Of a stretch of DNA of 64,000 nt, positions 12,965-26,512 are shown piece by piece. The stretch covers positions 87,438,640-87,502,639 of the forward strand of contig NC_068990.1 of the NCBI RefSeq assembly GCF_001194135.2. Direction: 5' to 3'. Below the pieces are notes generated by a model. It was not told the DNA's origin. It worked only from the letters and a program-made list of their open reading frames with translations, and searched no databases. Origin of the DNA: Octopus bimaculoides. Its lineage: Eukaryota. Position 1 is the stretch's first letter. Every line of letters begins with the position of its first letter. The translations under genes and the position numbers were made by a program.

Positions 12965-15900
12965 TGTATGTATGTATGTATGTGTTTGTTTTTCTGTGTT
13001 TGTCCGCCCAATATCGCTTGAGAACCGNNNNNNNNNNNNNNNNNNNNNNNNNNNNNNNNNNNNNNNNNNNNNNNNNNNNNNNNNNNNNNNNNNNNNNNNN
13101 NNNNNNNNNNNNNNNNNNNNNNNNNNNNNNNNNNNNNNNNNNNNNNNNNNNNNNNNNNNNNNNNNNNNNNNNNNNNNNNNNNNNNNNNNNNNNNNNNNNN
13201 NNNNNNNNNNNNNNNNNNNNNNNNNNNNNNNNNNNNNNNNNNNNNNNNNNNNNNNNNNNNNNNNNNNNNNNNNNNNNNNNNNNNNNNNNNNNNNNNNNNN
13301 NNNNNNNNNNNNNNNNNNNNNNNNNNNNNNNNNNNNNNNNNATATATATATATATATATATATATAATTGTGCAATGTGCAAATGGACTGCAAAGTATTC
13401 AGTTCTTGGAGTAGAGTACCAATCAAGTAAATAAAAGATTGCGTTGAATAAATTGAAGATATTGTATAACCAGAAATTTATCTTCCAAATCATCTGAAAT
13501 AACATTGAAAAACAATCGAAGTAATATTAAATTGAGTTGAAGATTGATCATCAATCCTGGAACCATTTGTTTTTAAAGAGAACTTCCCAACTATACGGTC
13601 AAATGCACAATACATGGCTCGCATAAGTTTGGACAGTAACTCTTTAATCCACTATTTTCAGTTATATCCTCTTCGGTCGTTTCGATATTTTCCAGCATCA
13701 ATAACTTATAGCAAACTTCCAAACCATATGCTTCATTCCATTTTTCATTTGACATTTAAGTATTCCTCCATGTCACGTTATTCAGTGTGTCAGTATATAA
13801 TGCGTATTGGGCAGCGAATGATCAGCTTTGTATCAAATATCTATATAAACAGCCTCGTCGTACTGGTTGTTTTCATTGACATAGATAGTGTTATTGTTGC
13901 TTCAGTTGGTTTCTGTTCCATAGTTGTTTTTGTCTTTTTTTTTTGGCCGTTGCTGGTGGCTGTCATTGTTTTCATGATCTACGCCATTCTTGTTATCGCT
14001 TTGCTGATTTTGCTGTAGTCGTCGTTGTCGACATCGGCTACGATTTGGATGTTATTGTTGTTATCGCTTCTGTTATCGTTGTCGCAGCCGTCGTCATCGT
14101 TGTTGCTATCGTTGTTTTGCTGTTATTAGAAAAATCTCTCTCGGTCTTGTGAAATAGCCATAAGCCGCTGAATGCTTTCAAGTGGAATATTTTACTATAT
14201 AGTAGACTTGTTATACATCAGCTATTTTAAACAACATAAGAGGTGGGCTCTAACGTTAAGCATAGCTGAACGATTAAGTGATTCATTCTGCTTTTACACA
14301 ATATAATGGAGATCCTTTTCATTGCCCGTTTCAGGACTTGAACTCCAGTTGCATTGAATTTTTCTTTCGCTATGTTTTCACCAGAGGAAATAATATAAAT
14401 TGAATCAGAACCAATGTTATTTCAATTTGATGTACATACATACATACATACATACATACATACATACATACATNNNNNNNNNNACATACATACATATATA
14501 CACACACGTATATTTGGAGAGAGAAAAATGTGTGTATACGTATACTTTCATATTCATTGTTATGATTATAGTCCAGCCATCAGCTTTGTGTCACTATGTA
14601 AATTAATGTAAATTAATTCTACTTAGATTTTATTTGTTACACTCGAGTAATAGCCTTTCGCTGTCATCATCAGCAATTTAAGAAAGAGAGATGAGCAAAT
14701 GCTGACGAGTTGCCTATAAACAATACAAAATGTCCGTTCTACCTATTCTCACTCCAAGTTGCCAAAAAAAAACAAAAAACAAAACATGAAACTAGTTTCC
14801 CAACTGAGACTAAATAAATGGATATGAAACCGATAATTTAGTATATGAAAATATTTAGATTTGAATTGTCTTCAGTTCGAAATCGAAATCAGCTCATCGA
14901 TTTTATTCTTACACTATGACATTCATAAGATAAAACTTGATATATTTCCCAATTCATACACATGATAGTGTTCTGGAGAGGACGAACTATCTAGTTGTGA
15001 GCTTCTTAATCAGGCAGCTATGTATACTCTGCATGTGTTTAGGCCTCTTTAATATTTAGTCAAAGATCAAATCCCAGCGAAATGAATTTCACTTTTCACC
15101 TTTCTTGGGTCCATGAAATACAGTCATTAAAATATCAGTTAAGTACCGGTTGTATGATTTCCTTGGCTATGCCATTTCTCTTTCAAATTTGTGCTCAGGT
15201 GCATTAGAACTGATTAACAGTTTTGTTTTAAGTAGAAACCATTGTCTTCACTCATAGAATATTTTATTTCTAAACAAAATATTTATATTTTCAAGAATGA
15301 AAGAAAAGAAAAACAACAGAAAAAAAACAGAAAAACAATGCCATAACAGATGAGAGGCAAAACAAAAGTAACTTTAATCAGCAAAACAGAAAAAAAAAAA
15401 AAATGTAAACATTCATGATTAAATGCTAGAAAAACAGCTGCAAAAATGTCTTTGTAACGTGTTATAAATTAATATGAGTTGATTTAAAAATGCGGTTTGA
15501 TCGATGTTTTTGTTCTTGTGGAAGTTTTTGTTGGCGGTAATGTTGCGATACGCTGATGAAGCTGGTGGCGGTAATGATGGCTGGTTGTGCTGATATTACC
15601 GGTGACGATGTAAGTACAGCAGTACTGAAAGTTTAAGGTTCATGCTAATAGAGGTGAATATGGGTTATAAAATCAAAGATTTATAGTTTTATCTCGCAAT
15701 AAAATATCAGCGGATTTTCATACATCATATGTTTGTCTCTCACATAAATCATTTTGGGATTTCATGCAAAATCTTTGAGAATCTCTCAATAACATTCCCA
15801 ACGATTCCTCCTATAATCCCCTCTGAAATTTTCAATTAAATCTTCGTTGTTTCCTCATTGAAAACTATCTGGTCCCCATTAAAAACTGTTTGGATCCTAT

Positions 15901-16389
15901 TAAAATCTATTTGGATCCTATTAAAATTCATCCATTAAAATTTCTCTAGGCCTTACGAGGAAATACTTTTGGGTTTCACTACAAAATCATTCTTGAATCT
16001 CTTAAAAGTCTTCCATCTATTGAATCAAACATTAACCGTATTAATCTCTCTTTGTATTTTCTCGCACTTTCCAGTCTTATCATTACGACGACGACGACGA
16101 CAGCCACCGCATTTAACTGTCACTTTGATGTGGCGACTGACTTTACTGTTTGTTATACGTTACTCTTCTATCTCTTGAGATTTTATAACTAATTATTTTA
16201 TAGTTCACGGTTAGCAGCTGCGGGCTATGTATGCAAATAAAAATCCAAATTTAGGGAATGGAGTCGGTGAAATGCAGGCTAAATACGTTTCCTAGCTAGC
16301 TGAACCTCGGAAGTAATAATTACTCAACGTGGAGTACTTCACTAGCTGCTCGTCAGGCTAAAGGTACCTTAGTCAAATGAAGGTCATAT

Positions 16390-16640
16390 TGTCGTCAAGG
16401 GATTCCATGTTAACACTCAGAAGATTTGATCGAAAATGTTGGGAAAGAATAGAATGAGGGAACAAAAGGGAAAGCATATCAATGAAGAAATAATATATGG
16501 GAGTGGGTAAATGTCTAAATTTGTTAAGGAAAAAAACAAGAATACGAATAAAGAAAAGGAGAGGTGGAAGAGTAGGTGGCAAAAATTGGTATTATTGAAG
16601 CTGGCTAAGGAAGTGTCTTTGTGAATTTAATCTGGGGTCA
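16390..16640 (+). mobile_element. Decayed LINE endonuclease fragment (Tx1/L1-like)
   Basis: HIVVKG-DF(H)VN-like segment in purine-rich decayed coding sequence. Confidence 0.3.
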
Positions 16641-17145
16641 TAGAATCTGTAGAATAAATCTGTAGGTCTAATCTGTAGAATAAATAAGGCTTAGGAAACC
16701 AATGACAAACGTAGCTGTTCTTCTTACCTTGATTCCATTGTCAGAACTTTTCTAAATAAAGAAGAAAAAAAACATGACATTCGAAAGCCTGCACGAAGAA
16801 TTCGTTTCTGCAGAGTCTACAGATACAAGGCACCCAGAAAACGCATGCTAGAGAAGGTGGGGATGCAATACCCGTAGATTAATACTAATTACTTTTACAA
16901 CTGTAGTCAACATATAGATGTGAAGATCTCCGTGCCGAATAATATCAGGCATGTGCCTTCGCTGATCGACAGCAAAAAAATAAGTTTCTGGCAAATTCGC
17001 AATCATGCCTCGTAGTCTTATCTGGCTGTGTGCCTTTGGTATGTAACGGTTAGTTAATTTTTGAAGTATAGCGATTTTGAATGTGAAGGTATAGATCAGG
17101 CATCATTGTGGCTTAATGCGTTGCTGCGGTTATAGAGATGAAAAT

Positions 17146-17187
<42 letters not shown>

Positions 17188-17435
17188 GGATAGATAGATG
17201 GATAGATAGATAGATAGATAGATACATACATACATACATAAGTGTCTTTATTAGTCACACAGGACCGAACACAGAAGGGACAAAATACAATGTAGAGCTT
17301 TTCTTTTCGAAAATAGAAAAGCGGGAGAAAAATAAAATTCCGATCAAAAGGGATCGAAGAAAAAAAAAGATAGATAGATAGCTTGACGGATCGAAAGATA
17401 AGTTGAAATATGCAAAGTTGGATTAGTGGAGCTCT

Positions 17436-17497
<62 letters not shown>

Positions 17498-17640
17498 GAA
17501 TATCTGTCAGTCTGTCTATCTGTCTAGACATCTAGTTATCTATCTGTATATGTGTGTAAGTTTACAAAGAAAGAGAGAGAGAAAGAGAGAGAAAGAGAGA
17601 GAAAGAGAGAGGGAGAGAGAGGGAGAGAGAGAGTGACAGA
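17146..17640. repeat. Compound (GATA)n, (TATC)n and (GA)n microsatellite block
   Basis: Direct reading. Confidence 0.95.
17241..17365 (-). mobile_element. 3' tail of a Tx1/L1-like LINE
   Basis: The reverse complement matches 24872-24945 (aaaagaaaagctctacattgtatttgtccc...ctgtgtggctaataaa). Confidence 0.7.
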
Positions 17641-18515
17641 GTGCGCTGCCTAATGATCAGCATCACTATCACTAATGCCTAAATAACTAACTCTGTCGCT
17701 TCATCCGTCTATGTTCAAGCATTAAATCAGCAAATCTATTTCAGCAAGTCTTTCAACGCCGTTCATAATCACGTTGGTATCATTTTATCGTGTTCTTTTG
17801 TTATATTGTTCTCTACACGGCTGTAAATCTTGTGTAAGTGCAAACGGCCAAACGCCCACAATATACACAAACACATACACACATGCACAAACATATACAT
17901 ACATTTACATGTATATACATATGCATATATGTGTGTGTGTATGTGTGTGTATTCAATTCTCTTCGTTGCTTTTCATTTCCGATTCAGACAATAGTAACAG
18001 ATGCCTAAAGCTCGAGTCCTGGATTCTCTACTAATAATCATCATTTATTTCTTTGTGTATTCCTCATCTGGAGCTTAATAGCATACATGCCTCGCAACCC
18101 CCATGTCTGTTCAGTGAATGTATGTGCTTCTACATATATGCATGTTCCTACATATATAAATACATACATGCATGCATACACTCCCCCACTACACACAGAC
18201 ACATACAGTACACACAGAAGCATACATGCATGCATATACATGAGTATGTATACATCATATATGTGTGTGTCTGTGTGTTTACATGTATGTATGTATGTAT
18301 GTATGTATGTATGCATGTATGTATGTATGTATGTACGTATGTATGTATCTATTTATCTATTTGTCTGTCTGTCTGTCTGTCTATATGTATATACAGAAGG
18401 CGTTTATCTTATGAAGCATTCATAGATGTTGGCTATCTGAAAGTGAGGTCATACAGGACGATAGCGCAACAGTAATCTGAAAATCCGTAGGCATACATAA
18501 AATATGAAATATAGA

Positions 18516-18546
<31 letters not shown>

Positions 18547-18782
18547 TATATNNNNNNNNNNNNNNNNNNNNNNNNNNNNNNNNNNNNNNNNNNNNNNNNN
18601 NNNNNNNNNNNNNNNNNNNNNNNNNNNNNNNNNNNNNNNNNNNNNNNNNNNNNNNNNNNNNNNNNNNNNNNNNNNNNNNNNNNNNNNNNNNNNNNNNNNN
18701 NNNNNNNNNNNNNNNGAAAGAGACCTCGATATCATGTAAATAGAGGAATTTATCTGTAATATAATATGTGACAATTATTCGG

Positions 18783-18857
18783 TTGCCATAATAAGACTCC
18801 GAGTTTCGGATGTCGGGGCGGAAACCTGCTCCGGCATCTCTTCAGTTGTCGTGGCAA
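18783..18857 (-). ncRNA. Type I hammerhead ribozyme motif (probably a Penelope-like element relic)
   Basis: The minus strand reads UUGCCACGACAA-CUGAAGA-[31-nt hairpin]-GAAA-CUCGGA-GUC-UUAUUAUGGCAA. It has both catalytic boxes, a GUC triplet, a 12-position stem I (9 Watson-Crick, 1 G-U, 2 mismatches) and a short quasi-palindromic stem III. Confidence 0.8.
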
Positions 18858-19579
18858 TCAAAATAGGCTATGAAAATGACCGTTAAACAAAGGGAAATTA
18901 CTATGTAATTGACCGTTATTAAGACAAATGAGCTATTAGAATGACAATAATAATAATAATAATAATAATAGAAATATAAAAAAAAACTGAGTTTACGGTA
19001 TTTATTGCTTAGCTTACAAATGTTTCATTAGTTTCCATGGAGTCACTCTTCCGTCATATCACTGCCATGTCAACAACTTCTAGTTTTGCCATGCACTGTG
19101 TTTTGGAAACGTTCCATAACGGCCCCTGACAAAGCCGGCCCTTCTGAACCCCACAACAAGCTGTAATCTGATTGATTTTTGAATTTCACAGGAAGTCATA
19201 TATACCCACAAAAGTGATCTTAAATAGGCGCTTACAATTAAGCATAGTATAGAGAGAAAGGAATTAAAATAGATGAAGAAGGGGCAGTTGGGACTTGATA
19301 AAAGAATTAAGAATTAAGTATAAAGAATTCTTAAGTCGTCTATAATAAATTAAGTTGTTAGGTAGTTAATTTTGACAACCTCCTATTTCGAGGCTTCTAC
19401 AGAAAATCTAAGTTAGTTTGGACACAGACATATTGTCTACACATCAAAAGTTAAATTTCCTAATGAAATGGGTTACTTAGATAAGTTCTTACAATAAAAC
19501 AATTAATCACAATCGTTTATACATGCTAACGTCCCTAAGCAATAAAAGCAGTTAGTTAACTATTTTGGGGGTGGGGGCT

Positions 19580-20588
19580 AATGGAAACAGAGATGAATAG
19601 CAGTGGCAGTATGTACCAACAATGGCAGCATATAAAGTTATACACGAAATTTCCATTGCTGAAGCTTTCTAGAATATTCGCCCCAAACTCAAACTGGAAC
19701 AGACAAGATAGCANNNNNNNNNNNNNNNNNNNNNNNNNNNNNNNNNNNNNNNNNNNNNNNNNNNNNNNNNNNNNNNNNNNNNNNNNNNNNNNNNNNNNNN
19801 NNNNNNNNNNNNNNNNNNNNNNNNNNNNNNNNNNNNNNNNNNNNNNNNNNNNNNNNNNNNNNNNNNNNNNNNNNNNNNNNNNNNNNNNNNNNNNNNNNNN
19901 NNNNNNNNNNNNNNNNNNNNNNNNNNNNNNNNNNNNNNNNNNNNNNNNNNNNNNNNNNNNNNNNNNNNNNNNNNNNNNNNNNNNNNNNNNNNNNNNNNNN
20001 NNNNNNNNNNNNNNNNNNNNNNNNNNNNNNNNNNNNNNNNNNNNNNNNNNNNNNNNNNNNNNNNNNNNNNNNNNNNNNNNNNNTGTATATATGTATGTAT
20101 ATATATATATATACACACACACCTTCGCAACACATTAAGTCACCCGTTCGTATAATTGACGTAAATTTACTACACCCAGTTATATAGCCGAGTCATCAGT
20201 GACTAAACCGACATCTCCACCGGGATGGCCTGCTGGAAAGAGTCACTTGTACCTTAGCGGACTGAAAACGGTATTTGTGAATTGTTGAACGCAGCAGATG
20301 ATCACCGACTATCAATCAATGGTTAACTGTACTTTGCGTGTTTACGTCATGTTCTATATTAAAGCAGATGTAAGACCATTCAGAATTGTCAACGATGTCA
20401 GCAACTGGTTTGATGCATTATACTGCACTTATATATGTTATCTTGTCGTTCTAGTTTGATTCTGTGATTAGCTTAAGCGAATATTTTAGAAAGCTTCACC
20501 AATGGAAATTTCATGTATAACTTTATATGCTGCCATTGTTAGTACATACTGTCACTCCTGCTGTTATTTGTTGACTTCTTTCTCCATT
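19580..20588. mobile_element. Element bounded by long inverted repeats (MITE or foldback-like)
   Basis: 19580-19713 aligns with the reverse complement of 20436-20588, with scattered mismatches and indels. The left arm runs into an N gap. Confidence 0.6.
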
Positions 20589-21169
20589 ATCCATCCAACA
20601 CAAACAGGAGTCGATGGAGGCGGTCAAGGTATCTACCTGTCTAGTTCAGTTTATTCTTTCAATTTGTATATACATATTGCAAATATCTATCTGAAAAGCT
20701 TCCGTTATAGTGAAAATTCAGCAGAAAAATTAACAATAAAATGGCTTTCAAATCATTCGAATACATACACATAAACACCCACCCATACACACATACATGT
20801 ATATATATATATATATATATNNNNNNNNNNNNNNNNNNNNNNNNNNNNNNNNNNNNNNNNNNNNNNNNNNNNNNNNNNNNNNNNNNNNNNNNNNNNNNNN
20901 NNNNNNNNNNNNNNNNNNNNNNNNNNNNNNNNNNNNNNNNNNNNNNNNNNNNNNNNNNNNNNNNNNNNNNNNNNNNNNNNNNNNNNNNNNNNNNNNNNNN
21001 NNNNNNNNNNNNNNNNNNNNNNNNNNNNNNNNNNNNNNNNNNNNNNNNNNNNNNNNNNNNNNNNNNNNNNNNNNNNNNNNNNNNNNNNNNNNNNNNNNNN
21101 NNNNNNNNNNNNNNNNNNNNNNNNNNNNNNNNNNNNNNNNNNNNNNNNNNNNNNNNNNAAAAAAAAAAA

Positions 21170-21420
21170 AAAAATTCAGGCCTTGTGCTTATAGTAGAAA
21201 GGATTATTATTTTAATGCCTTTTAGGGCGACGAGCTGGCAGAATCGTTAGCACGCCGGGCAAAATGCTTAGCGGCATTTCGTCTGCCTTTACGTTCTAAG
21301 TTCAAATTCTACCGAGGTCCACTATGCCTTTTATCCTTTCGGGTTCGATAAAATAAGTAACAGTTGAGTACTGGGGTCGATGTAATCGTTATACCCCCAC
21401 CCTGGACTTGAAACCCTTAT
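21170..21420 (+). mobile_element. SINE tail (21170-21210) followed by a full SINE (21224-21420)
   Basis: ggccttgtgcttatagtagaaaggattatt tail, then GGGCGACGAGCTGGCAGAATCGTTAGC head and B-box. Confidence 0.9.
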
Positions 21421-21898
21421 TTTAATGTCGTTTTGTCGAATCATTTCAGCAATCAGTACTTGAATTGCTTGTGTTTTGTCTCAGCATATGTGGCCATGCT
21501 AAAAATCATTTGCACAGATTACAGTGAGTTTGGTTGTGTATAATGGTTGGGTGAGTTTAATAGACGCGTTGTTTTGTACTATAAGATGCAAAAACTAGGT
21601 GACGGTGTTCTTTCAAATAGTTTTTTTTCAACTTCAGATTGGGTAATTATGTTGGTGATAAATGGATTAACAGTTAATCTGATGTAATCTATGCTGGCCT
21701 GATTAATGGTAGATTTGGCTACAACGGAGTAAATAACTGATTTATCAAGGCAATTAGCAATGACAGAACATAAGTTTGCTGAATCGTAATTGTATCATAA
21801 AGTAATATTGCTTTTCGGGTTTGGGAAATTCAAATTAGTCGTTGCTTTTATTATTAGTCTATGATAAGGTATTAGAATAGTTCGTAAATTTGAGCTAA

Positions 21899-22003
<105 letters not shown>

Positions 22004-22274
22004 GAACATAGACACACACACATACATAACTACCCGTTTTCCTTATTTCTTTCTCTCCCTCATTGTACCTTGCTCTCTCACCTCCTCTCTCAATATGTCT
22101 ATTGATACTTGTATGTATCTGCTCTGTCTCACTACGCTGAGGGACATTTGCTATCTCTATTGTAAGAATTGTAGATATCTTGCTGAACACATTTAGTGGT
22201 AACAGCATATTTTGTATAGCATCCTGTTTGCTGAAATATTGAACAGAGAAGCGCGGTATTATATTGTTCATCTG

Positions 22275-22460
22275 AAGGTGGTGAGCTGGCAGAAACGTTA
22301 GCACGCCGGGCGAAATGCTTAGCGGTATTTCGTCTGCCGTTACGTTCTGAGTTCAAATTCCGCCGAGGTCGACTTTGCTTTTCATCCTTTCGGGGTCGAT
22401 AAATTAAGTACCAGTTGCGAACTGGGGTCGATGTAATCGACTATCCCCCTCCCCACAAAT
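22275..22460 (+). mobile_element. tRNA-derived SINE, main family, well preserved
   Basis: AAGGTGGTGAGCTGGCAGAAACGTTAGC...GAGTTCAAATTCCGCCGAGGTCGACTTTGCTTTTCATCCTTTCGGGGTCGATAAATTAAGTACCAG. Confidence 0.93.
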
Positions 22461-23849
22461 AGCAATTGAGAACTGGTCGGTATAAAGAAGGGAGATAATC
22501 TCAAGAATCAAAGCTAACATGCTATTAAGGAAAAGTACAGTCTTATTGTCTGGAAATAAAAGAATAGTGGGGGACATGTATTTCTGCTTCTATTGACGCC
22601 ATTAGCACGACAATTGTTCTATCTTATATCCAGTAATCAAGGCACATAAGCACAAAAAGAACCAAAAAATATACAAAAATGATTAGATTAAGTCCTTAAA
22701 TGTTGGTACGCTCATGGGTGGAATGCCTTAGCCTAAACGATAGCGACAACAATTTTCCAATGTCTGTTATCAGTTTTGTATTATAAAAGTGTATTTTAAA
22801 TATTCTCCTTGCTGCCCTAGTTTCTCAAATTCTTTCATCTAATTTATGTCTAATATTTATTCCTATCCTATACGCATTCCTAATGAGATCTTAAAATTTT
22901 GGTTCGTTTTTTCTCTTTCATTCTAGAATGCTGTATCTTATTTTGTTCATTATTCATGAATGTTTCTTGAATTGCCTTAGTTCTAATTCCTATGGTTTGT
23001 ACAATTTCTCTTTTTACTGTGAAGTTTTCAAAGCATTTTCTTCCTACTTTTCTTGTAATAACATTTTCGCCGTCGTTATCTTTTGCAGAAAGTCTTCAAG
23101 TCATCTAAACGGAAATTCATGGTAATTCATTTCTTTGAACATACTGAGCAGTAAGGTGAGTCCTTGGAATATTTTTATCCATAAATGGATATAACTTAAC
23201 TAAACATATTTTGATATGTACAGTTATTTTCCATTTTACTAGACTTTATTTAATACTCTTAACAATTAATCATTCCCTTTTATTTATTTATTAATTTATT
23301 TTCCTCATTATTGTTTAATACAATTAATAAGTATTCAATGCACCTAATTATTGCTTAATAATATAGCTAATAATTGTTAAACATACTTCATCATTGTTTA
23401 TAAGCTTAATGTTCAATAAACTTAATTATTGCATAATAAACCTTATTAATACTTAAAATAGCTAACTATTCTAATTATTCTTTAACATGGCTAAATGTTT
23501 ATTAATGTACCCAGTTAAAGTTAAACATACCTAATTAAAATAGCCATCTTTGAATCATACTTAATGTCGATAGGCCAGTTACTGCAGTGTTTGTCCTGGG
23601 AAAACATATCTTAATAGACTTGTTGACATTTCTCGTGTTTTTACAGACAATTAAGCTGTATGAATTTAAACTATTGCCTCAGAGTAATTAACTTCAGTGT
23701 TTTAATTGCTATGTATGATAATTGTTCATATATATTCGTGCACAGTATTATGCATCACCATAGCTTGATGAAGTCTACACTGGATGATAGACTCAGGACA
23801 GAAATTAGAGATTGTACAACAGTTCAGTTATTTGGATGCAATGATTAAA

Positions 23850-24130
23850 GATAAAAAGTCAAAAGTCTAAAATCCTCGCAAGAAGCACACAGACAATGAA
23901 TGCACTAAATAAATTCAGACCAACATGGTGAGACAGGAACACCACTACCAAGAACAAAAGCCGACTTCTTCGTACACTGGTATACTCTACTTCCTTGTAA
24001 GATTGCGAGACTCTGACAGAGTCGGATAGATTGATTTATATTAATCATTGAAGATCGATACCTGGGCCCCAAAGATGACTAAGATACGTTGTATATAATG
24101 ATAGTGACTCGAAGAGATTATCAAAGAGTT
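23850..24130 (+). mobile_element. RTE-like LINE relic (region after the RT domain)
   Basis: KSRLLRTLVYST(F)L...CET segment, similar to RTE KLRLLRTLVFSxFLYGCETW. Confidence 0.55.
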
Positions 24131-24156
24131 CAGGTCCTAAGGGGAGATATGGATGC

Positions 24157-24228
<72 letters not shown>

Positions 24229-24289
24229 GTCCGTCTGTCTGTCTGTCTGCCTGTCTGCCTGTCTGTCTGCCTGTCTATCTATCTATGCA

Positions 24290-24945
24290 TGTATCTAACT
24301 GCTATCGCGTGTGGGACGACTCGGTCTATCAGCCGAGTCTATCGTGAATATTGTCGCGCCTCCTTCCTTTAAACGGGAAGGAAGAGCTATTTTCATCGTA
24401 CTTGTGGCTATGGCGAAAGAATGTGTATGGTGGACGCGTCTGAAAGGTCTAGAGACAAAGACTTTCCTCTCTGGGCAATCTCTCATCAACTTCTTCAAGT
24501 ATCACCTGAAGAGGAAGGTGAGAGTAGAAAGGGAAGTCTTGTCTAGTGAATGCTTCAAAAAAAGATGGGTGAATGTAGCAAGGATGGCACGTGTGAACGA
24601 CGGAGCCATCTTGAGCATAACCCTATGAACTAAAAAAAAAATCCAAGAAAAAAAAAAGAAAACAAAAAGGCAAAAGAGAGNNNNNNNNNNNNNNNNNNNN
24701 NNNNNNNNNNNNNNNNNNNNNNNNNNNNNNNNNNNNNNNNNNNNNNNNNNNNNNNNNNNNNNNNNNNNNNNNNNNNNNNNNNNNNNNNNNNNNNNNNNNN
24801 NNNNNNNNNNNNNNNNNNNNNNNNNNNNNNNNNNNNNNNNNNNNNNNNNNNNNNNNNNNNNNNNNNNNNNNCTCCCAAAAAGAAAAGCTCTACATTGTAT
24901 TTGTCCCATCTTCGTTGAGCCCTGTGTGGCTAATAAAAGAAATGT
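24290..24945 (+). mobile_element. Tx1/L1-like LINE 3' end
   Basis: Open 105-aa frame ...VAMAKECVWWTRLKG...LINFFKYHLKRKVRVEREVL...FKKRWVNVARM..., then an A-rich tract, a gap, and a 3' UTR with AATAAA shared with the copy at 17241. Confidence 0.7.
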
Positions 24946-24971
24946 ATCTATCTCTCTCTCTATATATATAT

Positions 24972-25034
<63 letters not shown>

Positions 25035-25177
25035 ACTGACTGTCTGTCTATTCATCTATATATGTATTCGTTTATCCGCCTCCAAATATTCGCCATAAAA
25101 TTCGCTTCGCTGTTAGAACAGAAGCTATCACTATTAAATATGGCATAAAATCAGGATCAATACCCTGATAGTAGTAT

Positions 25178-25214
<37 letters not shown>

Positions 25215-25903
25215 TAATAACAACAACAACAATAATAATAACAATAACAACAACAACAACAAATACAATAGCGACACCTTTGAGATAATGCCCGAAGCTA
25301 CAACTTTCATATTATCTCTAAAAATAGGGAGAAGGTGACGGTGTTGTTTTAAGTATAATTCCAATGCGGTGATGTTTAAACCAGAAAAGCTCTTGATAAA
25401 ATGTTGATAATGAAAAATGGAGTTAAATATGTTAAAAAACGGATATATAAAATAAAAAGCCTATGGAGAAGAGGGAACAATTTTAAAATATATACTTGAG
25501 GGTAAATGAGCAGTTATGTAAGGAGTGAAAGAAGAGGTGAGGGAGATTAGGGAATGGCTAAAATACTTAAAAGTGAAAAATTGAAAAAATTAATGGATTT
25601 GATTTCAGGCCTTGGGACAAGTGTGTCAGTTATTAAAATGGTGTATTTTCTGGGTGAATTATGACAGGGAAGTTGTGGTATTTAAGGAGGGAGGGAATAA
25701 ACAAGGTAAGTAAGATTATAGAAGTGATTTCTTTTATATTTCATCTTTTGGACTCTCACTCTTTAACAGGCCGTAACCTGAGAATTTTAAGGAATATACA
25801 TACGTAAGCCATTTAACTAAGCATACGTTTTCCGATTTATACACATAATGCATAGTGCACATATTCATATAACTGAACTTTTATTTAAACGTAGGTGTAT
25901 ATA

Positions 25904-26063
25904 GGCGTAGGAGTGGCTGTGCAATAAGAAGCTTGCTTTCCAACCATATGGTTCCGGGTTCAGTCCCACTGTGTGGCACCTTGGGCATGTGTTCTACTAT
26001 AGCCTCGGGCCGACCAAAACCTTGTGAGTGGATTTGGTTGACGGAAACTGAAAGAAGCCCGTC

Positions 26064-26064
<1 letters not shown>
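25904..26064 (+). mobile_element. tRNA-derived SINE, second family
   Basis: GGCGTAGGAGTGGCTGTG head, GGTTCAGTCCC B-box-like motif, CACCTTGGGCATGT core-like motif, ending in (TA)n. Confidence 0.85.
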
Positions 26065-26109
<45 letters not shown>

Positions 26110-26457
26110 GTCAGTCGAAAGACACCTGTTGTTATTTCTTGTTGTATTCGTAATTGTGTACAGTGTTCTCCGTTTTTTTGGTTTATTTGTCTTTTTTTAT
26201 TTTTGTTGCCGTACACATTCGCTAGCTTTCTTACAAAGGGGTCTAATGCTCTTAGCTTAGATTTTTTGTGAACAACCAGATCGAACCATCTCAAGTGTAA
26301 CTGTCCAAAATGGTCGTGACTTCTGGTACTTGACTGATGAAAGAAAGCTAAGAATGACTCGTTTTTTTTGCCTGTCCTTCTAATTGTTGTTTCACTTGTC
26401 CGCCTTTGTGCTGTCTATCTGTCCGAACGTTTTAATACCCTCTATTCCGTTTGTTCC

Positions 26458-26512
<55 letters not shown>

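Noticed and set aside
25904-26064. tRNA gene candidates at SINE heads (here and in the main family)
   Set aside because: A- and B-box-like motifs are present, but there is no complete cloverleaf, and they continue into SINE body and tail.
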